A stretch of 64,000 nt of DNA from a virus (lineage: Duplodnaviria; Caudoviricetes), in IMG/VR virus record IMGVR_UViG_2933953506_000001, positions 2,540 to 66,539 of that record. One strand, 5' to 3'. The first letter of the stretch is position 1; every line of letters begins with the position of its first letter. The notes under the pieces are model-generated. The model saw only the letters and a program-made list of their open reading frames with translations. It was not told where the DNA came from and searched no databases. Positions 28,006 to 36,746 of the stretch are shown here, piece after piece. A program made the translations under genes and the position numbers.

Positions 28006-28226
28006 CCGGTCGTCTCCTCGCTGCCCGCCGGGCGTTCGCGCTGCCACTCGTCCAGCTTCGGCCGGTGGGGCTGGGTCACGCCAGGACGCCTTAGATACCA
28101 GGCGACGAGGTCCTTGATGACGCGTCCTCGGTCGCTGTCCTGCGTCTTGGCGGCGGCGAGGAGGTCGGCCCAGTCGTCGTCGCTGATGCGGACTGATCGG
28201 TGCTGGGTCTTGGGCTTGTCTGGCAT
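28002..28226 (-). CDS. ribbon-helix-helix repressor (probably leaderless)
   Basis: RSVRISDDDWADL...DRGRVIKDLVAWYL; TAGGCT -10 seven nt before ATG. Confidence 0.8.
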   Translation of the reverse strand: MPDKPKTQHRSVRISDDDWADLLAAAKTQDSDRGRVIKDLVAWYLRRPGVTQPHRPKLDEWQRERPAGSEETTG

Positions 28227-28242
28227 GGGGTTCAGCCTACCG

Positions 28243-28314
28243 GGTGTACGTACAACTGGATAGATGCAAGGGGTTGCGGTGTACGTACACCGCGCGCTAC
28301 GGTGTACGTACACC
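28243..28314. promoter_or_regulatory. three palindromic operators GGTGTACGTACACC over divergent promoters
   Basis: 28243-28256 (1 mismatch), 28278-28291, 28301-28314; TTGCGG-N18-TACGGT rightward promoter. Confidence 0.85.
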
Positions 28315-28333
28315 AGGAACGAGGGGGAACCCG

Positions 28334-28720
28334 ATGAACACCGCCGCCACCCGCACCCGCCGCAACGACCTCTACGCCGCCGCGAAGACCTGCAAGGCCC
28401 TCGGCTACCGCACCCTCTCCGGCGCGATCGTGTCCCTCGTCGAGACGGGCCGGCTCATCCTCATCACCGGCTTCCTCAACCGCATCGGCGGCTCCGACCT
28501 CCCCGACGGCAAGGTGTCCTGGCTCGGCCGGCACTGCGCGAAGGCCTACCGCGAGACGCACGGCAACAGCCCCATCCGGGTGTGGGCGCAGCACCGCACC
28601 ACCGGAAAGTGGAACCACGTCTACGCCTACGGCCCCATCGACCCCGCCCTGTACGCCGGCCTCCGCACCTACAAGGGCACCCGCCACCTCCTCGCCTCCT
28701 CGTACACGGAGGCCGCCTGA
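28334..28720 (+). CDS. hypothetical protein, antirepressor C-terminal-like
   Basis: LGRHCAKAYRETHG...P...HVYAY pattern; GAGGGG RBS. Confidence 0.6.
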   Translation: MNTAATRTRRNDLYAAAKTCKALGYRTLSGAIVSLVETGRLILITGFLNRIGGSDLPDGKVSWLGRHCAKAYRETHGNSPIRVWAQHRTTGKWNHVYAYGPIDPALYAGLRTYKGTRHLLASSYTEAA

Positions 28721-28777
28721 ACCAACTTCACGGCGCCCCAGACGACCCACATCAGCACCACCCGCAAGGAGAACCAG

Positions 28778-29263
28778 ATGGACGCCACGGCCGACAACGA
28801 CTACGCCACCTGCCCCCGCTGCAAGTGGGCGGGCAAGCTCCGCAAGAACGGCACCATGCGCAAGCACCGCGAGTCCGTCGACATGGGGCGCTTCACCATG
28901 TCGGGTGGCCTGCCGCAGCAGCCGCACGGCGACATCTGCGAGGGCTCCGGCGAGAAGCCGTGGGAGCCCGGCCTCCCGGAGGGCTACGAACTGCCGAAGC
29001 AGAACGAGCACGGCGGCTGGGAGCGCGGCGAGGCCAAGCCGAACGACGCCAAGGACGTTCCGCAGACCTCTGTCCCGGTCTTCTGCGGGGCGTGCGGCGA
29101 GACGTTCACCGCCCGCGCCGCACTCGACGCCCACCAGTTGGAGACCGGACACGAGATGGACCAGCCCGACCATCCGCTGAAGGAAGACCCCGGCCCGAGC
29201 CTCGACGACTACGCGAAGGCAAGCCGGATCATCCAGAGCCTCATCCCGGGCGTCCGCCGGTAG
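28778..29263 (+). CDS. zinc-finger hypothetical protein
   Basis: CPRC...MRKH...CEGSG; C2H2-like CGAC...H...H. Confidence 0.65.
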   Translation: MDATADNDYATCPRCKWAGKLRKNGTMRKHRESVDMGRFTMSGGLPQQPHGDICEGSGEKPWEPGLPEGYELPKQNEHGGWERGEAKPNDAKDVPQTSVPVFCGACGETFTARAALDAHQLETGHEMDQPDHPLKEDPGPSLDDYAKASRIIQSLIPGVRR

Positions 29264-29394
29264 CACCCCGCCCGGCTCTTCGGGGCCGGGCCCCGTCACC
29301 GTCCTCTACCCCGTCGACTGCCCCGCCGTCGCCCGCGTCCAGCTGCTCGCCGACGCTCTGGCTGCCTAGCCTCAACCCGAAACGGAGACCCGCC

Positions 29395-29634
29395 ATGGCC
29401 AAACACTTCGTGGACTGCCTCACGATGCAGTGGTACGCGCTGCCCACCACCCCGTGCACCTGCCCTCCGTGGGTAGGACTCGACCCGGACGGCTGGTACC
29501 GCCTCGACTGTTCCGACCCTGCCGATCCCCGGATCGTCGAGTACGGCGACGAGGACCGCGACGACGAGGCGCCGCTGACTCTGGACGAAGCGATCCAGGA
29601 ACTCCTGGCCCTGGAGCAGGACGACCCCGCCTGA
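29395..29634 (+). CDS. small hypothetical protein
   Basis: GGAG RBS; acidic tail. Confidence 0.5.
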   Translation: MAKHFVDCLTMQWYALPTTPCTCPPWVGLDPDGWYRLDCSDPADPRIVEYGDEDRDDEAPLTLDEAIQELLALEQDDPA

Positions 29635-29678
29635 GTGCGGCCCGCACACCACCCAGACCCAACGAACGGAGCACCATC

Positions 29679-30155
29679 GTGGACTTCAACACCGCCCTCA
29701 ACAGCGTGATCGCCGACCTCACCCCCCAGCCCTGGGACTACACCGCAGCCGACGGGGCGACCCTCACCGTCATCCCCGCCGGCCTCCGCGAGGACCCGGG
29801 TGCAGCGGAGGTGTACCTGCGGGTCACCAGGGACAAGACGCACGCCGCGCAGGCTGCGATCACCACGACGGACCTGCCCGCCCTGATCGCCGCGCTGAGC
29901 GAGCCGGTGACCGGCCCGTGGGAGCACGAGCCGCACTACCCCGACGGCACCGAGAAGGGCCGCATCGGGACGTGGCTCGGCGACATGTACGGCCTCGCCC
30001 TCAACCCTATGCAGGACGGGTTCACCCTCACGGCGATCGAGGAGACCGACGCCGGCGTCGTGGCCGCGTCGATCACCCTTCCGGAGGCGCAGCGCCTGCC
30101 GCTCGCGTCCGCCCTGCGCCGGGCGTTGGACGTCGCCCGCAGCTGGGAGGACTGA
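29679..30155 (+). CDS. hypothetical protein
   Basis: GGAG RBS; codon bias. Confidence 0.65.
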   Translation: MDFNTALNSVIADLTPQPWDYTAADGATLTVIPAGLREDPGAAEVYLRVTRDKTHAAQAAITTTDLPALIAALSEPVTGPWEHEPHYPDGTEKGRIGTWLGDMYGLALNPMQDGFTLTAIEETDAGVVAASITLPEAQRLPLASALRRALDVARSWED

Positions 30156-30224
30156 CCCGCTGCCGCCCGGGCCAGTATCGGCGCGGGCGGCCCCCACCCG
30201 CCGCCATCAACGAAAGGACCCCGC

Positions 30225-30497
30225 GTGTACCGCATCGCCATCGTCCGCAAAGGCCAGCCCGCCGACCGCCGCACCTGCACCACCCTGGGAGAACTCCAAG
30301 AAGTCGTCCGCGAAGTCATCCGCGCAGACGGCGGCACCATCACGGACGCCGACGACACCGCACTCGCTTGGATGGCCCGCGACGCCTACACGATGGCCGC
30401 CGACGAAGGGTTCGCCGCGATCGAACTCGGCGCAGCGTCGATCACCATCCGGCCCGGCCCGGCACCCACCCCGACCTTCCCCGGCGGGGGCTTCTAA
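30225..30497 (+). CDS. hypothetical protein
   Basis: AAAGGA RBS. Confidence 0.6.
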   Translation: MYRIAIVRKGQPADRRTCTTLGELQEVVREVIRADGGTITDADDTALAWMARDAYTMAADEGFAAIELGAASITIRPGPAPTPTFPGGGF

Positions 30498-30541
30498 CCG
30501 CACCCGCCCCGCCACCACCAACCCGCGAGAGGATCCACCCC

Positions 30542-30949
30542 ATGCGTCTCCGCCAGGCCCACGCCATCCTCGAAGCCGTCACCGCTCTCGAAGCGTGCGG
30601 GTTGGGCTTCGAACTCCACCCCCTCCACCATGATTTCCCCGGCAACCGCCGAGATCTCACCCGGGACCGGATGAGCGGCTACACCGAGATCGACGACGTG
30701 GACGACCCGGAAGGCAGCAACCCCCGCGCCTACAACGTCGACCTCCAGCCCGGCCCGGACGACGACCACATCGAGGCCTACCTCACCCTCGGACTCGGCC
30801 CCGACCCGGAATGCCTGCTCTACAGCAAGTACAGCGTCGCCCTCGACCCCGGCGAAGACGAACGCTTCCGGGGACTCGTCGGCGCAGCCATCGCCCAGAA
30901 GATCGCCGACACCGTCCGCAAACACGAACAGGGCCTCCGCCGCGACTGA
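30542..30949 (+). CDS. hypothetical protein
   Basis: GAGGA RBS; codon bias. Confidence 0.6.
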   Translation: MRLRQAHAILEAVTALEACGLGFELHPLHHDFPGNRRDLTRDRMSGYTEIDDVDDPEGSNPRAYNVDLQPGPDDDHIEAYLTLGLGPDPECLLYSKYSVALDPGEDERFRGLVGAAIAQKIADTVRKHEQGLRRD

Positions 30950-31116
30950 CCCTGCCGTACCGCAGAGAGCCCGACCCCGAAGCCACCACGGGGACGGGCC
31001 CTCACGCATGCCCGCGTACACCCGATCCGGTCACAGCCCCGTCACAACCCCAACAACCCGCATACGCCAGGCTTACGCTCCCCGCCACCACAACCCGCAC
31101 CAACAGGGGGCACAGC

Positions 31117-31377
31117 ATGGCGAACTACAGCGACATCCAAAAAGCCGTCCGTGTCGAAAAACTCCGCATCTGGTTCGCCTGGATCTGCGGCAACTTCATC
31201 CTCCTGGCCATCGCCCTCGCCACGAAGGACATCCACATCGTCAGCGCCATCACCCAAGTGCTACTGGTGGCCGGCTTCCTCGCCCTCACCGTTGCGCTCT
31301 TCCGGATGACCGGTGCCCTCAACCGTCGTGCCGAAGCAGCACGACAGGAAGTCCTCGGCGACGACTACCCCGGCTGA
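31117..31377 (+). CDS. two-TM membrane protein
   Basis: Two hydrophobic helices; AGGGGG RBS; flanked by hairpins. Confidence 0.75.
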   Translation: MANYSDIQKAVRVEKLRIWFAWICGNFILLAIALATKDIHIVSAITQVLLVAGFLALTVALFRMTGALNRRAEAARQEVLGDDYPG

Positions 31378-31473
31378 CCCCCACACGCGCAGAGGGCCCG
31401 CTTCGCCACCAGAAGCGGGCCCCCACGCATGCGCCGGAAGATCACCACCCGTCATCCAGGCCACAATCCCCTC

Positions 31474-32031
31474 ATGACCGTCTACCCGGCGCGATGCCCC
31501 GCCCGCAACCTCAACGGCCGCATGTGCTCCAACCCCGCCGGCCAAGGCACCAAACACCCGGGAATCGGTACCTGCATCTGGCACCGGGGCGGCCAGCAGC
31601 ACGTCGAGGAGGCATGGGCCATGGCACAGGAGATCGCAGCCGAACGCGACATCACCCCGCACGAAGCACTGCTCGGGCTCGTGCGCACAGCGTCGGCGCG
31701 GGCCGCGTGGACGGACACGGTCATCGCCAGCCGCATGCGTGAACACGTCGACAACGGCGGCGACCCCCTCAATCCACCGGACGACATCACACCGTGGCTG
31801 CGCCAGTCCCGCGAGGAACGCAAACTTGCCGCCGCCACCGCCAAACAAGCCGTCGACGCAGGCGTCATGGCCGCACTTGAACGCCGCCTCGACCTCGAAG
31901 GCGAACTGGTGGCGACTGTCCTCGGCGGAGTCCTCGACTCCCTCAACCTCGACCACGAACAGCGCATGGCCGCACTCGGCACGGCGCAGCAGCTGCTCCT
32001 CGAAGCAGGGGGAGAAGCGACGGCAGCCTGA
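31474..32031 (+). CDS. putative terminase small subunit (HGG-type Cys/His N-terminus)
   Basis: RCPA...C.NPAGQGTKHPGIGTCIWHRGG then helical domain; first late gene. Confidence 0.6.
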   Translation: MTVYPARCPARNLNGRMCSNPAGQGTKHPGIGTCIWHRGGQQHVEEAWAMAQEIAAERDITPHEALLGLVRTASARAAWTDTVIASRMREHVDNGGDPLNPPDDITPWLRQSREERKLAAATAKQAVDAGVMAALERRLDLEGELVATVLGGVLDSLNLDHEQRMAALGTAQQLLLEAGGEATAA

Positions 32032-32035
32032 AACC

Positions 32036-32068
32036 CCGGAACGATCTTCCCGAGGGCGTGTCTACCGT
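32036..32068 (+). promoter_or_regulatory. phage late-promoter motif (leaderless start at 32076)
   Basis: CCGGAACGATCTT-N14-TACCGT-N7-ATG. Confidence 0.7.
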
Positions 32069-32075
32069 CCCCGCC

Positions 32076-33098
32076 ATGAGACTGCTGCTCACCGGGGCGT
32101 CCGGGTTCGTCGGCTCCACCGTCCTCACCCACGTCCTCACTCACACCAACTGGGACGTGTCGTGTCCGGTCTCCTACCGGCACCACGGCGACGGCGAACG
32201 CATCAGCGCCGTCCTCGACACGCTGCCCGGCGTCCGCAGTCGGGTCGACGTCTTCGCCCACGACCTGGCGCTGCCGATCACACCGCTGATGGCCGAACGC
32301 ATCGGCCCGGTCGACTACATCTGGAACATCGCCTCCGAGTCCCACGTCGACCGCAGCCTCACCGACCCGGTGCCGTTCGTGCGGAACAACGTCGAGCTGC
32401 AGCTGAACATGCTGGAGTACGCCCGTCTGGCGAAGCCGCGGATGTTCCTGCAGATGTCGACCGACGAGGTGTTCGGGCCTGCGGGCGCCGACTATCGGCA
32501 TCACGAGTGGGACAGCATCCGCCCTTCCAACCCGTACGCGGCGTCGAAGGCGGCGCAGGAGGCGATCGCCTATTCGTACTGGCGTGGGCTGGGCGTTCCG
32601 CTGCTGGTGACGAACACGATGAACCTCCTCGCCCCGTCCCCGCAGGCGGCGGAGAAGTTCATCCCGAAGATCGCCCGCGCCATCTTCGGCGGGGAGAAGC
32701 TCACCGTCCACGCCTCCCCGGACGGCAAGTCGGGGTCGCGCTGCTGGGTCGACGCCCGCGATTTCGCCGCCGCCTGGCTGTGGCTCACCGAGCACTTCGA
32801 CGGCGACGAACGCCTCACCTACTACCCGACCATGCCGACCGGCCCGCTCCGCTACAACATCGTAGGCGAGGAGGCCACCAACCTCGACGTGGCCCTGCGC
32901 ATGGCGCAGGCGGCCGGCCGCAGCCTGGATTACGAGTTGGTGGACTACCACTCACAGAGGCCGGGACATGACCACCGGTACGCCCTGGACGGTTCGAAGC
33001 TCGCCGAACTCGGCTGGCCGGGTCCGCGGCCGTTGGATGAGACGCTCGGCGACATCGTGAAGTGGTACGCCGACAACCCGCAGTGGCTCGCAGCGTGA
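32076..33098 (+). CDS. rmlB: NDP-sugar 4,6-dehydratase (RmlB-like extended SDR)
   Basis: TGASGFVG, ASESHVDRS, STDEV, YAASK, RPGHDHRYALD. Confidence 0.88.
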   Translation: MRLLLTGASGFVGSTVLTHVLTHTNWDVSCPVSYRHHGDGERISAVLDTLPGVRSRVDVFAHDLALPITPLMAERIGPVDYIWNIASESHVDRSLTDPVPFVRNNVELQLNMLEYARLAKPRMFLQMSTDEVFGPAGADYRHHEWDSIRPSNPYAASKAAQEAIAYSYWRGLGVPLLVTNTMNLLAPSPQAAEKFIPKIARAIFGGEKLTVHASPDGKSGSRCWVDARDFAAAWLWLTEHFDGDERLTYYPTMPTGPLRYNIVGEEATNLDVALRMAQAAGRSLDYELVDYHSQRPGHDHRYALDGSKLAELGWPGPRPLDETLGDIVKWYADNPQWLAA

Positions 33099-33772
33099 GC
33101 GGCATCTTCCAGGCGGCGGTCATCCCGACGCGGAACCGTCATGACCTGCTCGCGGACTGCATCAACTCGGTGGTAGACCAGGTCGACACGGTCATCGTCA
33201 TCGACAACCAGTCGAACCCGCCCATCGACCCTGAGCCGTGGCACGGCAAAGTCGGCGTCGTCTCGCTGCCCATCGACCCTCCGAACATCAGCACCTTGTG
33301 GAACGTCGGGCTGTCCCTCGCGGATGCCCAGGCGCACCGCGCCGAGGCGCATCAGTGGGACATCGCCGTCCTCAACTCCGACGTTGTCGTACCACTCGGC
33401 TGGGTCGAGGCGCTGTCGACGGCGATGCGCTCCACGACCGCGGTCCTCGCCTACCCCGACCAGCACGGCGGCACCCGGCAGGTCCTCCACACGCAGGCCG
33501 GGCCGATCGACCTCCGCCAGCGGATCACCGGCTACGCGTACATGCTGCGCGGCGAGACCGGCCTGCGCCTCGACGAGGACCTCGCCTGGTGGTACGGCGA
33601 CGACGACCTCGACTGGACGGCTCGCGAGCATGGCGGCGCGCTCCTCGTCCCCGGCATCCCTGTCGAGCATCGCTGCCCGAACGGGTCGATGTACGAGCGG
33701 CCCGAGCTGCAGGCACAGGCTGGCCGGGACCGCGAGACCTTCGCGGCGAAGTGGGGGCGCACGCCATGGTGA
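33095..33772 (+). CDS. GT2-family (GT-A) glycosyltransferase
   Basis: VIPTRNR...VIDNQS...VLNSD...WYGDDD. Confidence 0.85.
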   Translation: MSGIFQAAVIPTRNRHDLLADCINSVVDQVDTVIVIDNQSNPPIDPEPWHGKVGVVSLPIDPPNISTLWNVGLSLADAQAHRAEAHQWDIAVLNSDVVVPLGWVEALSTAMRSTTAVLAYPDQHGGTRQVLHTQAGPIDLRQRITGYAYMLRGETGLRLDEDLAWWYGDDDLDWTAREHGGALLVPGIPVEHRCPNGSMYERPELQAQAGRDRETFAAKWGRTPW

Positions 33773-34281
33773 TGGAACGCATCCCCGCCAGTTCCTGGCA
33801 CGAACACCGCGGCCACGTCGCCCGCTACCAGTACGCCGCGAAGTGCGTGCGGGACGGGGAAACCGTCAACGACATCGCCTGCGGTACCGGCTACGGCGCC
33901 ACCCTCTTGCTGCGCGGCCCGTACCGCGGCTACGACAGGCCCGGCATCCCCGACCCGTCTTTCCCCGGTAGCTTTCACGCGGCAGACCTCGACGACCCTT
34001 CCTGGGTGCCAGACATGGCGGACGTGACGGTGTGCTTCGAGACGCTGGAGCATGTTCAGGACCCGGCGCGCCTTGCGCAAGTGATCGCCGCGGCCACCCG
34101 ACGGGCGGTCATCGTCTCGGTGCCGGTCGTGCCGACCACGCACCTGAACCCGCATCACCTGCACGACTTCACCGCAGCGGACATCCCGCCGCTGTTCCCC
34201 GCCTTCGAGGTCGTCGACGAGTGGGCGCAGCCAGAGGAGTTCTCCCACGTGTGGCTGCTGGAACGGGCGCACCGTGGCTGA
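33766..34281 (+). CDS. class I SAM-dependent methyltransferase
   Basis: HVARY, DIACGTGYG, CFETLEH. Confidence 0.85.
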   Translation: MVMERIPASSWHEHRGHVARYQYAAKCVRDGETVNDIACGTGYGATLLLRGPYRGYDRPGIPDPSFPGSFHAADLDDPSWVPDMADVTVCFETLEHVQDPARLAQVIAAATRRAVIVSVPVVPTTHLNPHHLHDFTAADIPPLFPAFEVVDEWAQPEEFSHVWLLERAHRG

Positions 34282-34936
34282 CGTTGCGATTATCACGGCG
34301 ATCACCGACGGCTACGACGCGCTGAAGCCCGTTCTCCCGCAGGCCGGCCTCGACGTGGAGTGGATCTGCGTCACCGATGGCGAGCCCCTCCCGGACGCCG
34401 ACGCTACGACCGGGTGGACGATGATCTGCCAGCCGCGCCACGGCCGCCACGGCAACCGGGAAGCGAAGCGGCCGAAGCTGCGTCCGTGGGAGTACACGGC
34501 CGCCCCGGCGAGCATCTGGGTGGACGCATCGTTCCGGGTCGTCTCCGACCGGTTCGCCGCCGAAGCCCTCGCCTACGCGGATCCGATCGCCCAGTTCGCT
34601 CACCCGTGGCGCGACTGCCTGTACGAGGAGGCCGCCCACTCCGCGCTCCTGCCGAAGTACACCGGCGAGCCGATCATCGAGCAGGGCGCCCACTATCGGG
34701 CGGCCGGACACCCGGAGCACTGGGGGCTGTGGGCGGCTGGCGTCATCGCCCGACGGCACACCCGCGAGGTGCGCGCGCTGGGGGACGTGTGGGGGCGCGA
34801 GATCAACGCGTGGTCGTTTCAGGACCAGATCTCCGAGCCGTATGCGCTGCGCGCGGTCGGGTTGCAGCCTGCGTCGTTGCCGGGCTCGCACATGGCGAAC
34901 GGCTGGCTGAAGTACGAGGGAAGTGGAAGGCACTGA
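34274..34936 (+). CDS. DUF616-like glycosyltransferase
   Basis: TAITDGYD, ICVTD, SIWVDAS, HPWRDCLYEE, DQIS. Confidence 0.8.
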   Translation: MADVAIITAITDGYDALKPVLPQAGLDVEWICVTDGEPLPDADATTGWTMICQPRHGRHGNREAKRPKLRPWEYTAAPASIWVDASFRVVSDRFAAEALAYADPIAQFAHPWRDCLYEEAAHSALLPKYTGEPIIEQGAHYRAAGHPEHWGLWAAGVIARRHTREVRALGDVWGREINAWSFQDQISEPYALRAVGLQPASLPGSHMANGWLKYEGSGRH

Positions 34937-35229
34937 TGAGCGAGCAGACACCGAGTGTGGGCCGGATCGTCCACTACGTCAGCCACGGGACGCCCGTTCG
35001 GGAGGACGGCACGCAGGCCTTCACGGCCAAGTGCCGCGCGGCCACCGTCACGGAGGTCAACATCGAGGAGCCGCTACAGGTCGGGCTGTGCGTCCAAAAC
35101 CCGACCGGCCTCTTCTTCCACCCGCTCGCCGAGGGTGGATGCTTCCAATACGAGGCGGAGGGAGGCAGTTGTTCCCTTCCTTCCGGTGAGCGGCGCGGCG
35201 GTACGTGGCACTGGCCGGAGCGTGTGTGA
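34936..35229 (+). CDS. conserved phage hypothetical protein
   Basis: PSVGRIVHYV...GTWHWPERV. Confidence 0.75.
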   Translation: MSEQTPSVGRIVHYVSHGTPVREDGTQAFTAKCRAATVTEVNIEEPLQVGLCVQNPTGLFFHPLAEGGCFQYEAEGGSCSLPSGERRGGTWHWPERV

Positions 35230-35669
35230 TGACCAGCATCGAGATTGGTGGCGGTCACCTCGTCCAAGCCGGGTGGACCAACCTCGACGCGTGGAACGGC
35301 CACGGCGAATGGCGCAGGCTCGCGCAGGACACCCCGTGGCCCACAGCCGACGACAGCGTGGACGCGATCCGGGCCGCGCACGTCATGGAGCACATCCCCG
35401 CCGGAGAGCCCCGTCTCGCCGTGATGAACGAGGCACACCGAGTCCTGCGCCCGGGCGGCGTGTTCGAGATCCGCGTGCCGAACTGCCTGTCGGGGACGTG
35501 GCACGCTTTCGCCGATCCGACGCACGTGTCGTTCTGGTGTGTCGAGAGCTTCCACTACTTCGACGGCCTGTTCGCGGCGAACGCCGACTACGGCATCCGG
35601 CCGTGGACCACCATCGAGCTGCGGGTCCAGGGCGACAACGAGATTCTCTGGAAGGGCACCCCGCGGTGA
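35229..35669 (+). CDS. class I SAM-dependent methyltransferase (type 11-like)
   Basis: EIGGG, DDSVD...HVMEH, EAHRVLRPGG, DPTH. Confidence 0.85.
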   Translation: MTSIEIGGGHLVQAGWTNLDAWNGHGEWRRLAQDTPWPTADDSVDAIRAAHVMEHIPAGEPRLAVMNEAHRVLRPGGVFEIRVPNCLSGTWHAFADPTHVSFWCVESFHYFDGLFAANADYGIRPWTTIELRVQGDNEILWKGTPR

Positions 35670-35857
35670 GCGCCCGTGAAGCCCTGTACTGGGCCCTGTG
35701 GGACAACTACACCCAGGCCCAGAAGAACGAGTTCATAGACGCCTTCGTGCACGAACTCGCCGAGATGCAGCGCGACGAACGCCCGCAGCACAACCCGGAC
35801 TGGCAGGCCTGGGGCGACGCCGCTGACCTGATCGATCCCCTGAAGGACGCGCCGTGA
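35666..35857 (+). CDS. small hypothetical protein
   Basis: Coupled; HELAEMQR...AADLIDP. Confidence 0.55.
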   Translation: MSAREALYWALWDNYTQAQKNEFIDAFVHELAEMQRDERPQHNPDWQAWGDAADLIDPLKDAP

Positions 35858-36480
35858 AGCCGGGCGTGACCGTGGTCGTTCCGTTCCACGAGCAGCGGCG
35901 CACCAACGGCATGCTCGAACGCGCCGCCGCCTCCGTGCGGGCGCAGACCGTCCCCGTGGAGTTGGTCCTCGCCGAGGACATCCACCACATGGGCGCCGCG
36001 ATCACCCGGCATCACGGGCTCGCCCTCGTCGAAACCGAGTGGACCGCTTTCCTCGACAGCGACGACGAACTGGACCCTGACCACATCGAACAACTCGTCG
36101 CCTGCGCCGAGGACACTGGCGCCGACTACGTGTACCCGTGGTTCCGCGTCCACGGAGGCACCGACCCGTTCCCCATGTTCTACGGCCGCCCGTGGGACGA
36201 CGACGCCCCCCACCAGACCACCATCACCATCCTCGTCCGCACCGGCCTCGCCCAGCACATCGGATTCCACAACCCACCCGAAGACAGCACCATCGGCGGC
36301 CAGCGCGGCGGCGAAGACTGGCACTTCACATTGGGCTGCCTCGCCGCCGGAGCCCGCATCGTCCACCTGCCCCGCAGGTCCTGGACGTGGCACCATCACG
36401 GAATGAACTCCAGCGGCCATCCCACCTGGGGCGACGCCCGCACCCCCACACCCGCCCGAGCACGCCGGGGGATCCGGTGA
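35854..36480 (+). CDS. GT2-family (GT-A) glycosyltransferase
   Basis: VTVVVP, AFLDSDD, GEDW. Confidence 0.87.
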   Translation: MKPGVTVVVPFHEQRRTNGMLERAAASVRAQTVPVELVLAEDIHHMGAAITRHHGLALVETEWTAFLDSDDELDPDHIEQLVACAEDTGADYVYPWFRVHGGTDPFPMFYGRPWDDDAPHQTTITILVRTGLAQHIGFHNPPEDSTIGGQRGGEDWHFTLGCLAAGARIVHLPRRSWTWHHHGMNSSGHPTWGDARTPTPARARRGIR

Positions 36481-36728
36481 GCCACCGCCACTACTGCCCC
36501 GACCAGGCCACCTGCGCCGACCGCGACCCGTGCTGCCTGTTCACCGAAGGCGACTGCCTCTGCGACTACGCCAACCAGTGCCGCGGTGCCAGACCGCCCG
36601 CATACGTCGTCGTCCCCGGTGTCGGTGTCGTGGAAGCTCCTCGCGGGGATCCGCTCGTTCGTCAGCCTCGCCAGCAGCCCCGCCGGAAGAAGCCCCGCGC
36701 TCAGCGCCGGAGCAGTCACGCCCGCTGA
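36477..36728 (+). CDS. small Cys-rich, basic-tailed protein
   Basis: GTGA overlap; 7 Cys. Confidence 0.4.
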   Translation: MSHRHYCPDQATCADRDPCCLFTEGDCLCDYANQCRGARPPAYVVVPGVGVVEAPRGDPLVRQPRQQPRRKKPRAQRRSSHAR

Positions 36729-36746
36729 GCAGTCACAATCCGGACC

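Noticed and set aside
28243-28314. Triple repeat as mini CRISPR array
   Set aside because: Repeats only 14 bp with 21 and 9 bp spacing, overlapping promoters; fits operators
32076-36480. Glycosyl cluster as DNA hypermodification pathway
   Set aside because: No hydroxymethylase, TET/JBP or phage DNA polymerase seen; late-gene context favours protein or surface targets (not fully excluded)
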